From: Phyllobates terribilis
Lineage: Eukaryota
Reading direction: 5' to 3'
Assembly: GCF_046119375.1 (NCBI RefSeq)
Contig: NW_027362769.1
Location: 179,738,001 to 179,802,000 of the forward strand
DNA: 64,000 nt
Translations under genes and position numbers: made by a program
Part shown: one piece after another, positions 1-12,565 of the stretch
Layout: each line of letters starts with the position of its first letter
Numbering within the stretch: position 1 is the stretch's first letter
The notes under the pieces: model-generated
What the model saw: the letters and a program-made list of their open reading frames with translations, nothing else
Database searches by the model: none
What the model was told of the DNA's origin: nothing

Positions 1-552
1 GGCTAGCCCGCCGCGGAGTCGGCGCAGTGATGCAAAGGGCTAGCCCGCCGCGGAGTCGGCGCAGTGATGCAAAGGGAGACCCCGCCGCGGAGTCGGCGCA
101 GTGATGGACAGGGAGACCCCGCCGCGTGGTGGGCGGCGCAGTGATGGACAGGGTCATCCCGCCGCGTGGTGGGCGGCGCAGTGATGGACAGGGTCATCCC
201 GCCGCGTGGTGGGCGGCGCAGTGATGGACAGGGTCATCCCGCCGCGTGGTGGGCGGCGCAGTGATGGACAGGGTCATCCCGCCGCGTGGTCGGCGGCGCA
301 GTGATGGACAGGGTCATCCCGCCGCATGGTCGGCGGCGCAGTGATGGACAGGGTCATCCCGCCGCGTGCTCGGCGGCGCAGTGATGGACAGGGTCATCCC
401 GCCGCGTGGTGGCCGGCGCAGTGATGGACAGGGTCATCCCGCCGCGTGGTGGCCGGCGCAGTGATGGACAGGGTCATCCCGCCGCGTGCTCGGCGGCGCA
501 GTGATGGACAGGGTCACCCCGCCGCGTGGTCGGCGCAGTGATTGAAAGGGTG
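1..552. repeat. GC-rich ~40-bp minisatellite downstream of TMEM169
   Basis: Tandem GCCGCGTGGTGGGCGGCGCAGTGATGGACAGGGTCATCCC; truncated by the window start. Confidence 0.95.
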
Positions 553-1078
553 ACCCCGCCTTGATGCATCGATTCATTGTGTACAATACAAAAAAAAAGA
601 GAAAATTGGTAGTCGGTTTGTTTAAAGGGAACCGGTTACCATGGATAGGGCACAACTGTACCCATAAAATAGTCCACGTTTTTTGCAGTTCGGCTCTATC
701 GGCCTTCTCATTCATTCAGCAGATGAAAGGGATCATGTGACACTTCCCTGCAGAAGCAGGAAGTGCTCAGGGTCCAGTGGGTGGAGCTTACCACCTTTAC
801 ATGCATAACTGGCATATTGAGGGGTGATTGGGGAGGTGCAAATTTGCTCACTAGAATGACTTCTGTAGGACATCAACAAATGCCCTGATCCTAAGGCAAG
901 GCGTCCGGGTGATGGGTCCCCTTTAAGAATGAACTTATCTTAGGTTGCAATCCAAGCATGCAATAGGCAGTGGCACAGGTTCACTAATCACCAGCATTAA
1001 CCGTATGGCACAGGACTCTCCATACATCAGCATTCCTTAATTAAATAATGTGTAAGAAACATAGAAATCGTCTAGAGG

Positions 1079-1701
1079 TCAGACGGCCGAGGTCTCCACA
1101 CCCTGCGTAGAGCCCTTCACAGACAAACTACCAGATATATTGTCCGAGTCCAGCAATTCCACAATACTGTACGGAGAACAGTCTTCTAGACCGAGCTTGC
1201 TACAAAGCCACCCACAGAAGCCCTTCTCCATGTCCTTCACTGCGTGCCACCATTCAGCAAACAACCACGAGATCTGAGTCACTGCCGTGTACGTGGCCAG
1301 AGATGAAGACACCACCACTATGATGATGGGGTAAAAAATTATTAGGAAGGGGCAGAAGGTGATCTTGTGCCAGAAAGTCCTCTCCTCGTTGTAGACCAAG
1401 AAAATGTTGTACCAAGTAATGGTCCCGTAATAAAAGGAAAGCACGAACGAAAGAACAAATACGACCGGCAAGCAGAGAACACTCCACAGGAGAACGTGCG
1501 GCCCTCGATCCGGGCCGACAGAACAAGTCTTCTTCCCCTCCACTGGCTCGTCTTGTAAAGGCTCCTTGGATCGCGTGAGTTCTTGAAGTTCCTTTTCTGT
1601 TAACGTGACGTGGATATCCACCATCTGCCCCTTCTTCTTTCCACGTGTGATTGTTCCGGTTAAAGTGACATAGCGACTGTCTGGAGGCATATTCCACCCG
1701 C
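1079..1701 (-). CDS. TMEM169: TMEM169 last coding exon
   Basis: Acceptor ctgacag|GCGGGTGG on the minus strand (AG at 1703-1702); TGA at 1081-1079. Confidence 0.95.
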
Positions 1702-2230
1702 CTGTCAGACACAACGTGGTTACATTCCCATTATTGCAGTAATATTAGACAAACATGTACGGTAGACAGAAGTGTAATGGGCCCCAAGCTGCATATTATA
1801 GTAGATATATTCTTGTACATAGGGGCAGTATTATAGCAGTTATATTCTTGCACATAGGAGTAGTATTATAGTAGTTATATTCTTGTACATAGGGGGCAGT
1901 ATTATAGTAGTTATATTCTTGTACATAGGGAGCAGTATTATAGTAGTTATATTCTTGTACATAGGGAGCAGTATTATAGTAGTTATATTCTTGTACATAG
2001 GGAGCAGTATTATAGTAGTTATATTCTTGTACATAGGGGGCAGTATTATAGTAGTTATATTCTTGTACATAGGGGCAGTATTATAGTAGTTATATTCTTG
2101 TACATAGGAGCAGTATTATGGTACTTATATTCTTGTACATAGGGGGCAGTATTATAGTAGTTATATTCTGGTTTAGAGTGGGTGATGAAATTATTAGAGA
2201 TGTCAGATACAAATGTTATTGTCACTAGGA

Positions 2231-2287
<57 letters not shown>

Positions 2288-4092
2288 TACATACATACAT
2301 ACATACACACATACACACACATACCGTACAGACCAAAAGTTTGGACACACCTTCTCATTTAAACATTTTTCGGTATTTTCATGACTATGAAAATTGTACA
2401 TTCACACTGAAGGCATCAAAACTATGAATTACCACATGTGGAATTATATACTTAACAAAAAAGTGTGAAACAACTGAAAATATGTCTTATATTCTAGGGT
2501 CTTCACAGTAGCCACCTTTTGCTTTGATGACTGTTTTGCACACTCTTGGCATTCTCTTGATGAGCTTCAAGAGGTAGTCACCGGAAATGGTCTTCCAAAC
2601 CGGATGGAATAGCATGCCGCTGCAAGATGCTGTGGTAGCCATGCTGGTTCAGTATGCCTTCAATTTTGAATAAATCCCCAACAGTGTCACCAGCAAAGCC
2701 CCCCCACACCATCACACCTCCTCCTCCATGCTTCACGGTGGGAGCCAGGCATGTAGAGTCCATCCGTTCACCTTTTCTGCGTCACACAAAGACACGGTGG
2801 TTGGAACCAAAGATCTCAAATTTGGACTCATCAGACCAAAGCACAGATTTCCACTGGTCTAATGTCCATTCCTTGTGTTCTTTAGCCCAAACAAGTCTCT
2901 TCTGCTTGTTGCCTGTCCTTAGCAGTGGTTTCCTAGCAGCTATTTTACCATGAAGGCCGGCTGCACAAAGTCTCCTCTTAACAGTTGTTGTAGAGATGTG
3001 TCTGCTGCTAGAACTCTGTGTGGCATTGACCTGGTCTCTAATCTGAGCTGCTGTTAACCTGCGATTTCTGAGGCTGGTGACTCGGATAAACTTATCCTCA
3101 GAAGCAGAGGCGACTCTTGGTCTTCCTTTCCTGGGGCGGTCCTCATGTCAGCCAGTTTCTTTGTAGCGCTGGATGGTTTTTGCAACTGCACTTGGGGACA
3201 CTTTCAAAGTTTTCCCAATTTTTCGGACTGACTGACCTTCATTTCTTAAAGTAATGATGGCCACTCGTTTTTCTTTACTTAGAATTTGTATTATGGCAAG
3301 AAAAAAGCAGCTAACAGTCTATTCAGTAGGACTATCAGCTGTGTATCCACCAGACTTCTGCACAACACAACTGATGGTCCCAACCCCATTTATAAGGCAA
3401 TAAATCCCACTTATTAAACCTGACAGGGCACACCTGTGAAGTGAAAACCATTTCCGGTGACTACCTCTTGAAGCTCATCAAGAGAATGCCAAGAGTGTGC
3501 AAAGCAGTCATCAAAGCAAAAGGTGGCTACTGTGAAGAACCTAGAATATAAGACATATTTTCAGTTGTTTCACACTTTTTTGTTAAGTATATAATTCCAC
3601 ATGTGGTAATTCATAGTTTTGATGCCTTCAGTCTGAATGTTCAATTTTCATAGTCATGAAAATACAGAAAAATCTTAAAATGAGAAGGTGTGTCCAAACT
3701 TTTGGTCTGTACTAATATATGTATATATATATATTTTTTTTATTTATTATGTCACTACTTTCTCTCGGTATACATTACTTACCATCACTCAGTGGGGTCC
3801 CCAGAAATCTTGATCCTTCTTCTGTACTTCTCTCTCCGGTTTCCTGATTTGCCGCCTCGTCCTCCAGGACCTTTTCATTGTCAGAGCGATACACAATTAT
3901 TGATTCTGGACGAGGCTCCTTCTTTTTCTTCTTCTTCCTCTCTATAGTTGCTTCTCCGGTCACGCCCTCAAAGGACACCGCAGCCGCGGCTCTCCGCAGA
4001 GTGTCCCGTAACGGACTGTTTGGGGCGCTCTTATTTGGTTTTGGGGCAGTCTCCTCTGTCCCAGCATCACTGGGAATCACCTCGCCCTGCAT
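1079..4092 (-). CDS. TMEM169: Transmembrane protein 169; join of exons 4092-3783 and 1701-1079 (933 nt, 310 aa)
   Basis: Motifs RPESIIVYRSDNEK, SRYVTLTGTITRGKKKGQMVDIHVTLTEKELQEL, FYYGTITWYNIFLVYNEERTFWHKI, DMEKGFCGWLCSKLGLEDCSPYSIVELL and C-terminal VETSAV match vertebrate TMEM169; the phase-1 GT/AG intron keeps the frame. Confidence 0.95.
1795..2170. repeat. 36-bp AT-rich minisatellite in TMEM169 intron
   Basis: About 10 copies of TATAGTAGTTATATTCTTGTACATAGGGAGCAGTAT. Confidence 0.95.
2235..2323. repeat. (TA)n/(CATA)n/(CA)n compound microsatellite
   Basis: Direct reading of the sequence. Confidence 0.95.
2324..3714 (-). mobile_element. Tc1/mariner DNA transposon, internally deleted copy (1391 bp)
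   Basis: Long TIRs starting C(C/A)GTACAGACCAAAAGTTTGGACACACC; TA-rich flanks; transposase fragment VKHGGGGVMVWG; same family as 6320-7946 but lacks about 236 bp including the DND and SPDLNPIE region. Confidence 0.93.
3783..4092 (-). CDS. TMEM169: TMEM169 first coding exon (exon probably starts at 4164)
   Basis: ATG at 4092-4090; donor GATG|gtaagt at 3782; strong T-rich acceptor ttttttaag at 4166-4165. Confidence 0.9.
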
Positions 4093-6319
4093 GTTCTGAA
4101 GCTTTTGTAAATCCCGGCTATGTTAGTCATCCATTATATGTGCCGCGGCCAAACAGTGATCAACCTTAAAAAAATAAATAAATAAAGTGTAAAAAATCAT
4201 ATCAGTAAAAGCAATTAAAGACATAAAGGATGGGGCAGAGATGCTGCCCGCTGGCAAGTACAGCCCCGGAAAATACAGTCCACCATGATCAATGTATAGC
4301 AGCAGTTTCTACAAAGTATCAGTCACGTTACATGATATTAATTAGCATTTTTTAGACTTTTTTCATTATTTCAATACAATGTCACCTCGCATGTACTTTA
4401 ACCAACTCTGATCTTTGGATTTTCCATCTACTCTGGTCACCTCCAGAGCTGCATTCACAGTTCTGCAGGTTTCCTGCCATCAGGGCTGAGGGCATTGTGA
4501 GAGCAGACACTGATTAATGTCAGTTAATATGACAAACAAGGGCAGCCTGCAGTATTTTAGATGCAGCTCGGGATGTGACTGGAGTATAAGACATGAATTA
4601 AAGAAATAGCAATGACAAACAGTGAAAAGCTTTGTATAAAAGGTGGAGGTCAACATTAGAGGTTTGTAAATACATGGGTGTAACAGGGGCCGGAGCTGTG
4701 CTCCTCTATGCTGCTGACCAAGGACGGACAGATCATTGGGGCAAACCTGTGCAGCTGCATAGGGGCCCAAGAGGTGAGGGGGCCACATCCAGCTCCACAG
4801 CAGGTGGGATTGTGCATTAGGAGGGGCTGTTGGACTGCACAGTGCTCAGGGCTTTCACAGGGGTCTCGTCTGTCTGTGTCCCATGTAATGGGAGGAATCC
4901 CAGCCCCTAGAAATAAGCTTCTAATGGGAAGTGGGGTGACTTTTCTAGCGGATTCTATATGATGTGAGAGAAGTAATCCGCTGTCTGCCCATCATCTCTG
5001 CATCAAATTGGGAGGCACATACGGACCCTATAGATTCCTATGGGCAATGTACGATAGGTCTATATAGCACTGAACTTGCATGAAGCCATGATACGGCCAC
5101 GTTCTTCAGATCTCAGCCTGACGCCGTGGCCTTATCCCACCCTGACTGCGCACAGGGGGCTCCGCTCCTCTATTTCCTGCCAGCAAACGCTAAATGAATT
5201 AAGAACCTTTTTTAGGTCGGTTGACTGATGGAACCTAATGTTAATGCATCCAGTCTTTTTACACCGTGCGATCACCGCACAGCCCCTTATCCCATTAGTT
5301 TGTCAGGTAACCCCTTAAACATTGCTTTAATGGAAAACTGAATGTAATCCAGTCCTCGGGGATGGATCCTTACACCATATATAAAGGGATATAACAACAC
5401 ATCTGCTAAAAGTAGAATACTCCTTTAATGGGAATCTGTCACCAGGTTTTTGCTCACCCACCTGACAGCAGTATTATGTAGGGGCAGAGACCCTGATTCC
5501 ATCTATGTGTCACTTACTGGAATGCTTGCTGTCATTTTTCTCTGCGGCGTAACTAGCAGAGCTCTGAAAGCTGAGCTGTGTATAACCCCGAACCACACCA
5601 CTAACTGGCAGCTTTCTGCCTATGCACAGTGTACACAAAAAAGCTGTCAGAGTTGGCGGTGGGCTTATGCAGATCTCAGAAATATGGAGGACTACCTGGC
5701 AGCAGTTCTTTAATGATGATCTTCTGCTGAAAAAAAAAAAAAAAAAAAAAGAATTCTATCAAAACTGCAACAAGCAGCCCAGCAAGTGACATAGCTGGAA
5801 TCAGGGTCTCTGCCTCTAAATTATTTTACACTCAAATTAAGTGGCAAAAAACTTGGCGACAGATCCCGTATAAACAGAAAATCAAGTACGGAATAAATAT
5901 GGCTGAGACGCCGCTATATAGGGAAACCTTTGAAAATGAGTAAGGCGCTGTACTGATTTAGGGTTGCACCCGTTTCTACGTTGGTTCACCTCCCAGTGCT
6001 TAGACCAATGAAAATGTGATGATATATTCAAGCGATATGACAGCTGCATTAGATGGGAATACGGCTTCTGATGGAGTCGGCCCTCCAGACAGACAAAGCC
6101 CAAATATAAATCAGAGGCACACAGAGGTACGGGGGGCTCCGTGGCCGAAATCTGGACAGACTGGTCCTACATCCTAACACCACAGCACCACTGGACCTAA
6201 ATAAACAGCTTAATTATAGATCCCGCAGTAAATTCATTGACTTTGGGAATGTGAGGGCACTTTTGCATAGAGAACCGTCAGTCACCAATAGGATGGCCAT
6301 ATATATATATATATATATA

Positions 6320-7946
6320 CAGTACAGACCAAAAGTTTGGACACACCTTCTCATTTAAAGATTTTTCTGTATTTTCATGACTATGAAAATTGTACATTCA
6401 CACTGAAGGCATCAAAACTATGAATTACCACATGTGGAATTATATACTTAACAAAAAAGTGTGAAACAACTGAAAATATGTCTTATATTCTAGGTTCTTC
6501 ACAGTAGCCACCTTTTGCTTTGATGACTGCTTTGCACACTCTTGGCATTCTCTTGATGAGCTTCAGGAGGTAGTCACCGGAAATGGTTTTCCCTTCACAG
6601 GTGGGCCCTGTCAGGTTTAATAAGTGGGATTTCTTGCCTTATAAATGGGGTTGGGACCATCAGGTGTGTTGTGCAGAAGTCTGGTGGATACACAGCTGAT
6701 AGTCCTACTGAATAGACTGTTAGAATTTTTATTATGGCAAGAAAAAAGCAGCTAAGTAAAGAAAAACGAGTGGCCATCATTACTTTAAGAAATGAAGGTC
6801 AGTCAGTCCGAAAAATTGGGAAAACTTTGAAAGTGTCCCCAAGTGCAGTTGCAAAAACCATCAAGCGCTAAAAAGAAACTGGCTCACATGAGGACCGCCC
6901 CAGGAAAGGAAGACCAAGAGTCACCTCTGCTTCTGAGGATAAGTTTATCCGAGTCACCAGCTTCAGAAATCGCAGGTTAACAGCGGCTCAGATTAGAGAC
7001 CAGGTCAATGCCACACAGAGTTCTAGCAGCAGACACATCTCTACAACAACTGTTAAGAGGAGACTTTGTGCAGCAGGCCTTCATGGTAAAATAGCTGCTA
7101 GGAAACCACTGCTAAGGACAGGCAACAAGCAGAAGAGACTTGTTTGGGCTAAAGAACACAAGGAATGGACATTAGACCAGTGGAAATCTGTGCTTTGTTC
7201 TGATGAGTCCAAATTTGAGATCTTTGGTTCCAACCACCGTGTCTTTGTGCGACGCAGAAAAGGTGAACGGATGGACTCTACATGCCTGGTTCCCACCGTG
7301 AAGCATGGAGGAGGAGGTGTGATGGTGTGGGGGGGCTTTGCTGGTGACACTGTTGGGGATTTATTCAAAATTGAAGGCATACTGAACCAGCATGGCTACC
7401 ACAGCATCTTGCAGCGGCATGCTATTCCATCCGGTTTGCGTTTAGTTTTACCATCATTTATTTTTCAACAGGACAATGACCCCAAACACCTCCAGGCTGT
7501 GTAAGGGCTATTTGACCAAGAAGGAGAGTGATGGGGTGCTACGCCAGATGACCTGGCCTCCACAGTCACCAGACCTGAACCCAATCGAGATGGTTTGGGG
7601 TGAGCTGGACCGCAGAGTGAAGGCAAAAGGGCACCAAGTGCTAAGCATCTCTGGGAACTCCTTCAAGATTGTTGGAAGACCATTTCCGGTGACTACCTCT
7701 TGAAGCTCATAAAGAGAATGCCAAGAGTGTGCAAAGCAGTCATCAAAGCAAAAGGTGGCTACTGTGAAGAACCTAGAATATAAGACATATTTTCAGTTGT
7801 TTCACACTTTTTTGTTAAGTATATAATTCCACATGTGGTAATTCACAGTTTTGATGCCTTCAATGTGAATGTACAATTTTCATAGTCATGAAAATACAGA
7901 AAAATCTTTAAATGAGAAGGTGTGTCCAAACTTTTGGTCTGTACTG
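6320..7946 (+). mobile_element. Tc1/mariner DNA transposon, full length (1627 bp), inactivated transposase
   Basis: TIRs CAGTACAGACCAAAAGTTTGG...CCAAACTTTTGGTCTGTACTG with TA on both sides; ATG at 6734 (MARKKQLSKEKR); GRPR, DESKF, QQDNDPKH and WPPQSPDLNPIE motifs; early TAA at ~6869 and frameshifts near 7487 and 7632. Confidence 0.95.
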
Positions 7947-7948
7947 TA

Positions 7949-7950
<2 letters not shown>

Positions 7951-8035
<85 letters not shown>

Positions 8036-8037
8036 TA
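7951..8037. repeat. (TA)n microsatellite
   Basis: Direct reading of the sequence. Confidence 0.95.
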
Positions 8038-9087
8038 TTTTAGTCTGCTCAGCTCCTCCGGCTCTATAACATGGGCCTGCAGACTGGACGGCATCTTCAT
8101 GTTGACAGGTTCCCTTTAAGAAATTAGTGAACGCTGCGCATGTTAAAACCCTACATTATAACAGCCTATGGTCAATCGTTCTACATCGACCAGCTGTGTG
8201 CAAATATTGAAATATTTCCTCCATTGGAATAAATGTAAGCGCTTTTTTTCTTTTTATCTGGTATAATCCAGGGTTCTTCTCTTGTTCCTGAGATATAACC
8301 CCTCTTCTCTCTACATAAATCTATTCTTGTTAGCCAAGTGGGCGTGGTCTTGAACTTTTCTGTGAGTTTCACACCCACCTTGGATAGGAGGAGAAGATTT
8401 ATATACAGAGTAAAGGAGGCCATGACTCTGGAACAGAGGAGCAGAAACGAAAGAACAACATCGCCGGATTCAGGAAAACAGCAACAGTCACACCAAGGAA
8501 AAACAACCAAAAAATATATATTTATTTATGACAAGTTCTCTTTACACGAATCTCATTCCTCAGTGCTGGGATGTTTATGATGTTTTCCTTCCAGCAAATT
8601 CTGCTACTTTGTAACAATCCATCGCTGTTCTCATCAGACTCCACCCCCTTGGTTTTCTTTTCTCCAAAAGAGCATCATGTGACTGATCAGATTGAAGCTG
8701 GAAATGATGCATCATGGGACATAACGAAAAATACAATGAGGGAATACTAAATTTCTGCTCTGCCGTTTCCAGACCCCATGATCATTGCTTCCCACAAGAG
8801 GAGACATAAGTTGAAAATCCAATAAATAGCAAAAAAAAAACAAACAAACCAGAACTAGGGAGTTCAAAAGGTAAAATATATAAAATAATGAAAGGTTAAT
8901 AAGGAATATAAAAATACTGACATTAACAGAAAAGCCGGACGTCTGTAAAATGTGCAGATCAGCGGCAGGTCTGCTGCGTCCTCCAGATGTGGAGCCTCGG
9001 CTGATGCACCGGCCGGAGGATTGAATAATATACCGCACAGCTAACGAGGACATAAACTCCAAAAAACATAACAGAGAGAAAAAAAAA

Positions 9088-10271
9088 CAGCCTTACCAAC
9101 ACCAAGTCAGATTACAAATGCACCATCAGGAAGGCGAGGGCAGCAGAGGTGCAAAATACTGAGGGAAACAGACACCCACAAACCTACCAATTCATGGAGT
9201 GTGTGTCTGCTTAGTAAAAAATGCACACAAATGAGGGTTGCATAGGGTGCCAGTCACACAGGTACGCGTGATGCACAGTGTCTGCTTTACAGCCTATTAA
9301 AAGGGGATATCCAGGACTTTAGGGAAAAAAATAAAATATGGCTAAGCACTAACAAGCAGGCAATTGCAACTTACATACTTGCTGTGCCCGGCACCATTCT
9401 TCCCCGGCACACACCGGTCACAGACCCCTCCTGCCGGGGATTCAGCTGCATCAGCGACACGATGGGCCGTGACTTCTGACATCATTCTGATTGACAGCTA
9501 GATCCCTTACCTTACTTACCTGCCTGTTCGTGCTTAGCCACATTATTTGTCTTTTCATAAAGTCCCGGATATCCCCTTTAATAACGCCCATACTATTAGA
9601 TCAGTCGGGCTGCCCAGCACTATACGAGTGCACCCCACAAGGACAGACGCCCTAGTTCATCCAACCAAGACTAAAGGGCCCGGCTGCACCCTGGAAAAAT
9701 GTGCAATAAAAAATAATGTATACGATAACTACATTACATGAGGTATTGGTCGATATTTTGGTCAATACCTCTAGATAACCATTTTTGATTTTAGTGTTAG
9801 GACTCGCAAGCGTGAGGACCCTTGACGTGGGTTGCGAGCTTGTATATTTTGGCCATAATATCAAACAATACACATTATTATTTTTGTGTCACATTTTTGC
9901 ACGTTTTTCCATTTTAGCAGGATGCAACCAGGCGCTTTAGTGTTGGTTGGGTGAACTGGGGCATCTGTCCCTGTGGGGTTCACTCATATAGTGCTGGGCA
10001 GCCCGACTGTTCTAATAGTATGGGAGTCATTAATAGGCTGTAAGCCAGACACTGTGGATCAAGCGTACCTGTGTGACTGGCATCCTATGCCAGCCGCACT
10101 TATGTGCATTTTTTATTTTTTTTACTAGGCAGCCACCTCCTCCATGAATTGGTTGGTTTGTGAGTGGCTGTTTCCATTAGTATTTTGCCCCTGTGCTGCC
10201 CCGCCTTTATCATGGGGGTCTGCTGCATCCTTCTAGTGCATTTGTAATCTGACCTGGTGTTGGTAAGGCTG
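9088..10271. mobile_element. Degenerate foldback (inverted-repeat) element, unclassified
   Basis: Segments of 9088-9720 are reverse complements of segments of 9870-10271, e.g. CAGCCTTACCAACACC / GGTGTTGGTAAGGCTG and GTCGGGCTGCCCAGCACTAT / ATAGTGCTGGGCAGCCCGAC. Confidence 0.7.
9301..9577. mobile_element. TTAA-flanked MITE (Kolobok/T2-like) inserted in the left arm of the foldback
   Basis: TIR AGGGGATATCC...GGATATCCCCT with TTAA on both sides; the opposite arm has one empty TTAA site. Confidence 0.8.
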
Positions 10272-10286
10272 GTTTTCTTTGTAGCA

Positions 10287-10525
10287 TAACGCGCAGCCCA
10301 TAGTCCGCCCTGCGGCGTAACGCGCAGCCCATAGTCCGCCCTGCGGCGTAACGCGCAGCCCATAGTCCGCCCTGCGGCGTAACGCGCAGCCCATAGTCCG
10401 CCCTGCGGCGTAACGCGCAGCCCATAGTCCGCCCTGCGGCGTAACGCGCAGCCCATAGTCCGCCCTGCGGCGTAACGCGCAGCCCATAGTCCGCCCTGCG
10501 GCGTAACGCGCAGCCCATAGTCCGC
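10287..10525. repeat. 31-bp CpG-rich minisatellite, ~7.7 copies
   Basis: Unit TAACGCGCAGCCCATAGTCCGCCCTGCGGCG, essentially perfect. Confidence 0.95.
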
Positions 10526-11189
10526 CATGTAGTAGTATGGCCACTGATTAAGAAGAAAAAATACTCGCCCTCCCTCAGCTCCCCCGCCGCGGGGAATCCT
10601 CTTCTGAAGCCGGCAGCTGACGTCCGCATGTATTGGAAAGAAAAAAAATGAAGTGTATACAAGGGTATTCACATTTCTCCCTTTATACACATTTCTTTTT
10701 TCTTTCCGTTTAGCTGATAATATGGTGATTGATCCCTTCAGTATTTGTAGTGCCCTCCATTAACCAGCCACCGATGTCAGAATATATTGCCGTGCAAAAG
10801 CCGATGGCTCTGTACGGTGCCAAACACTTCAGCTGGATGTGCGTCCAGTTGAAGTTTCGGCTGACGTTGGCGGACCCCTGACCCGCCGGGCTCCGTCGCA
10901 GCGGTCGCTACGCCACTGACAACACTGCATGGTGCAGTAGTGGCCACGCATGACTGTGCCACTTCTTTCAGTCCTGAACCAAAGAGAAATCAGTTAGAGT
11001 CTCAAAGATGGGACCCCGTATCATCGGACCACTAGCGGAGACAGACAGGAAAGGGTCCCTAATCCCTGTGCAAGAACAATCCATCGGCTCTTTGCAGCCC
11101 AGTAATTGACCCTAATGCACAATTCTATCAGCTTTGGAGGTAGCAGTGGCCCCCTTACCTCTTGGACCCCTGTGCGGTCGCACAGATTG

Positions 11190-12565
11190 CACCAATGAGA
11201 TGTCCACCTCTGGATCAGACCATTATCACCTACCCAGTCTGACCAATGAGATGTCCACCTCTGGATCAGACCATTATCACCTGCCCAGTCTGGCCAATGA
11301 GATGTCCACCTCTGGATCAGACCATTATCACCTGCCCAGTCTGGCCAATGAGATGTCCACCTCTGGATCAGACCATTATCACCTGCCCAGTCTGACCAAT
11401 GAGATGTCCACCTCTGGATCAGACCATTATCACCTACCCAGTCTGACCAATGAGATGTCCACCTCTGGATCAGACCATTATCACCTGCCCAGTCTGACCA
11501 ATGAGATGTCCACCTCTGGATCAGACCATTATCACCTACCCAGTCTGACCAATGAGATGTCCACCTCTGGATCAGACCATTATCACCTGCCCAGTCTGAC
11601 CAATGAGATGTCCACCTCTGGATCAGACCATTATCACCTGCCCAGTCTGACCAATGAGATGTCCACCTCTGGATCAGACCATTATCACCTGCCCAGTCTG
11701 ACCAATGAGATGTCCACCTCTGGATCAGACCATTATCACCTGCCCAGTCTGACCAATGAGATGTCCACCTCTGGATCAGACCATTATCACCTGCCCAGTC
11801 TGACCAATAAGATGTCCACCTCTGGATCAGACCATTATCACCTGCCCAGTCTGACCAATGAGATGTCCACCTCTGGATCAGACCATTATCACCTACCCAG
11901 TCTGACCAATGAGATGTCCACCTCTGGATCAGACCATTATCACCTACCCAGTCTGACCAATGAGATGTCCACCTCTGGATCAGACCATTATCACCTGCCC
12001 AGTCTGACCAATGAGATGTCCACCTCTGGATCAGACCATTATCACCTGCCCAGTCTGACCAATGAGATGTCCACCTCTGGATCAGACCATTATCACCTGC
12101 CCAGTCTGACCAATGAGATGTCCACCTCTGGATCAGACCATTATCACCTGCCCAGTCTGACCAATGAGATGTCCACCTCTGGATCAGACCATTATCACCT
12201 GCCCAGTCTGACCAATAAGATGTCCACCTCTGGATCAGACCATTATCACCTACCCAGTCTGACCAATGAGATGTCCACCTCTGGATCAGACCATTATCAC
12301 CTACCCAGTCTGACCAATGAGATGTCCACCTCTGGATCAGACCATTATCACCTGCCCAGTCTGACCAATGAGATGTCCACCTCTGGATCAGACCATTATC
12401 ACCTGCCCAGTCTGACCAATGAGATGTCCACCTCTGGATCAGACCATTATCACCTGCCCAGTCTGACCAATTAGATGTCCACCTCTGGATCAGACCATTA
12501 TCACCTGCCCAGTCTGACCAATTAGATGTCCACCTCTGGATCAGACCATTATCACCTGCCCAGTC
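11190..12565. repeat. 51-bp minisatellite, ~27 near-identical copies
   Basis: Unit ACCAATGAGATGTCCACCTCTGGATCAGACCATTATCACCTGCCCAGTCTG. Confidence 0.97.

Noticed and set aside
1702-1714. ORF-track start MCLT for TMEM169
   Set aside because: TTG start inside the intron; the exon starts at 1701 after the AG acceptor
10100-10690. ORFs of 103-196 aa on the minus strand
   Set aside because: Open in all three frames only because the 31-bp unit lacks stops; no coding signature
11190-12565. Possible CRISPR array (also considered for 16702-18156, 37220-38765, 42140-45572)
   Set aside because: No unique spacers, no cas genes, vertebrate context; these are plain tandem repeats
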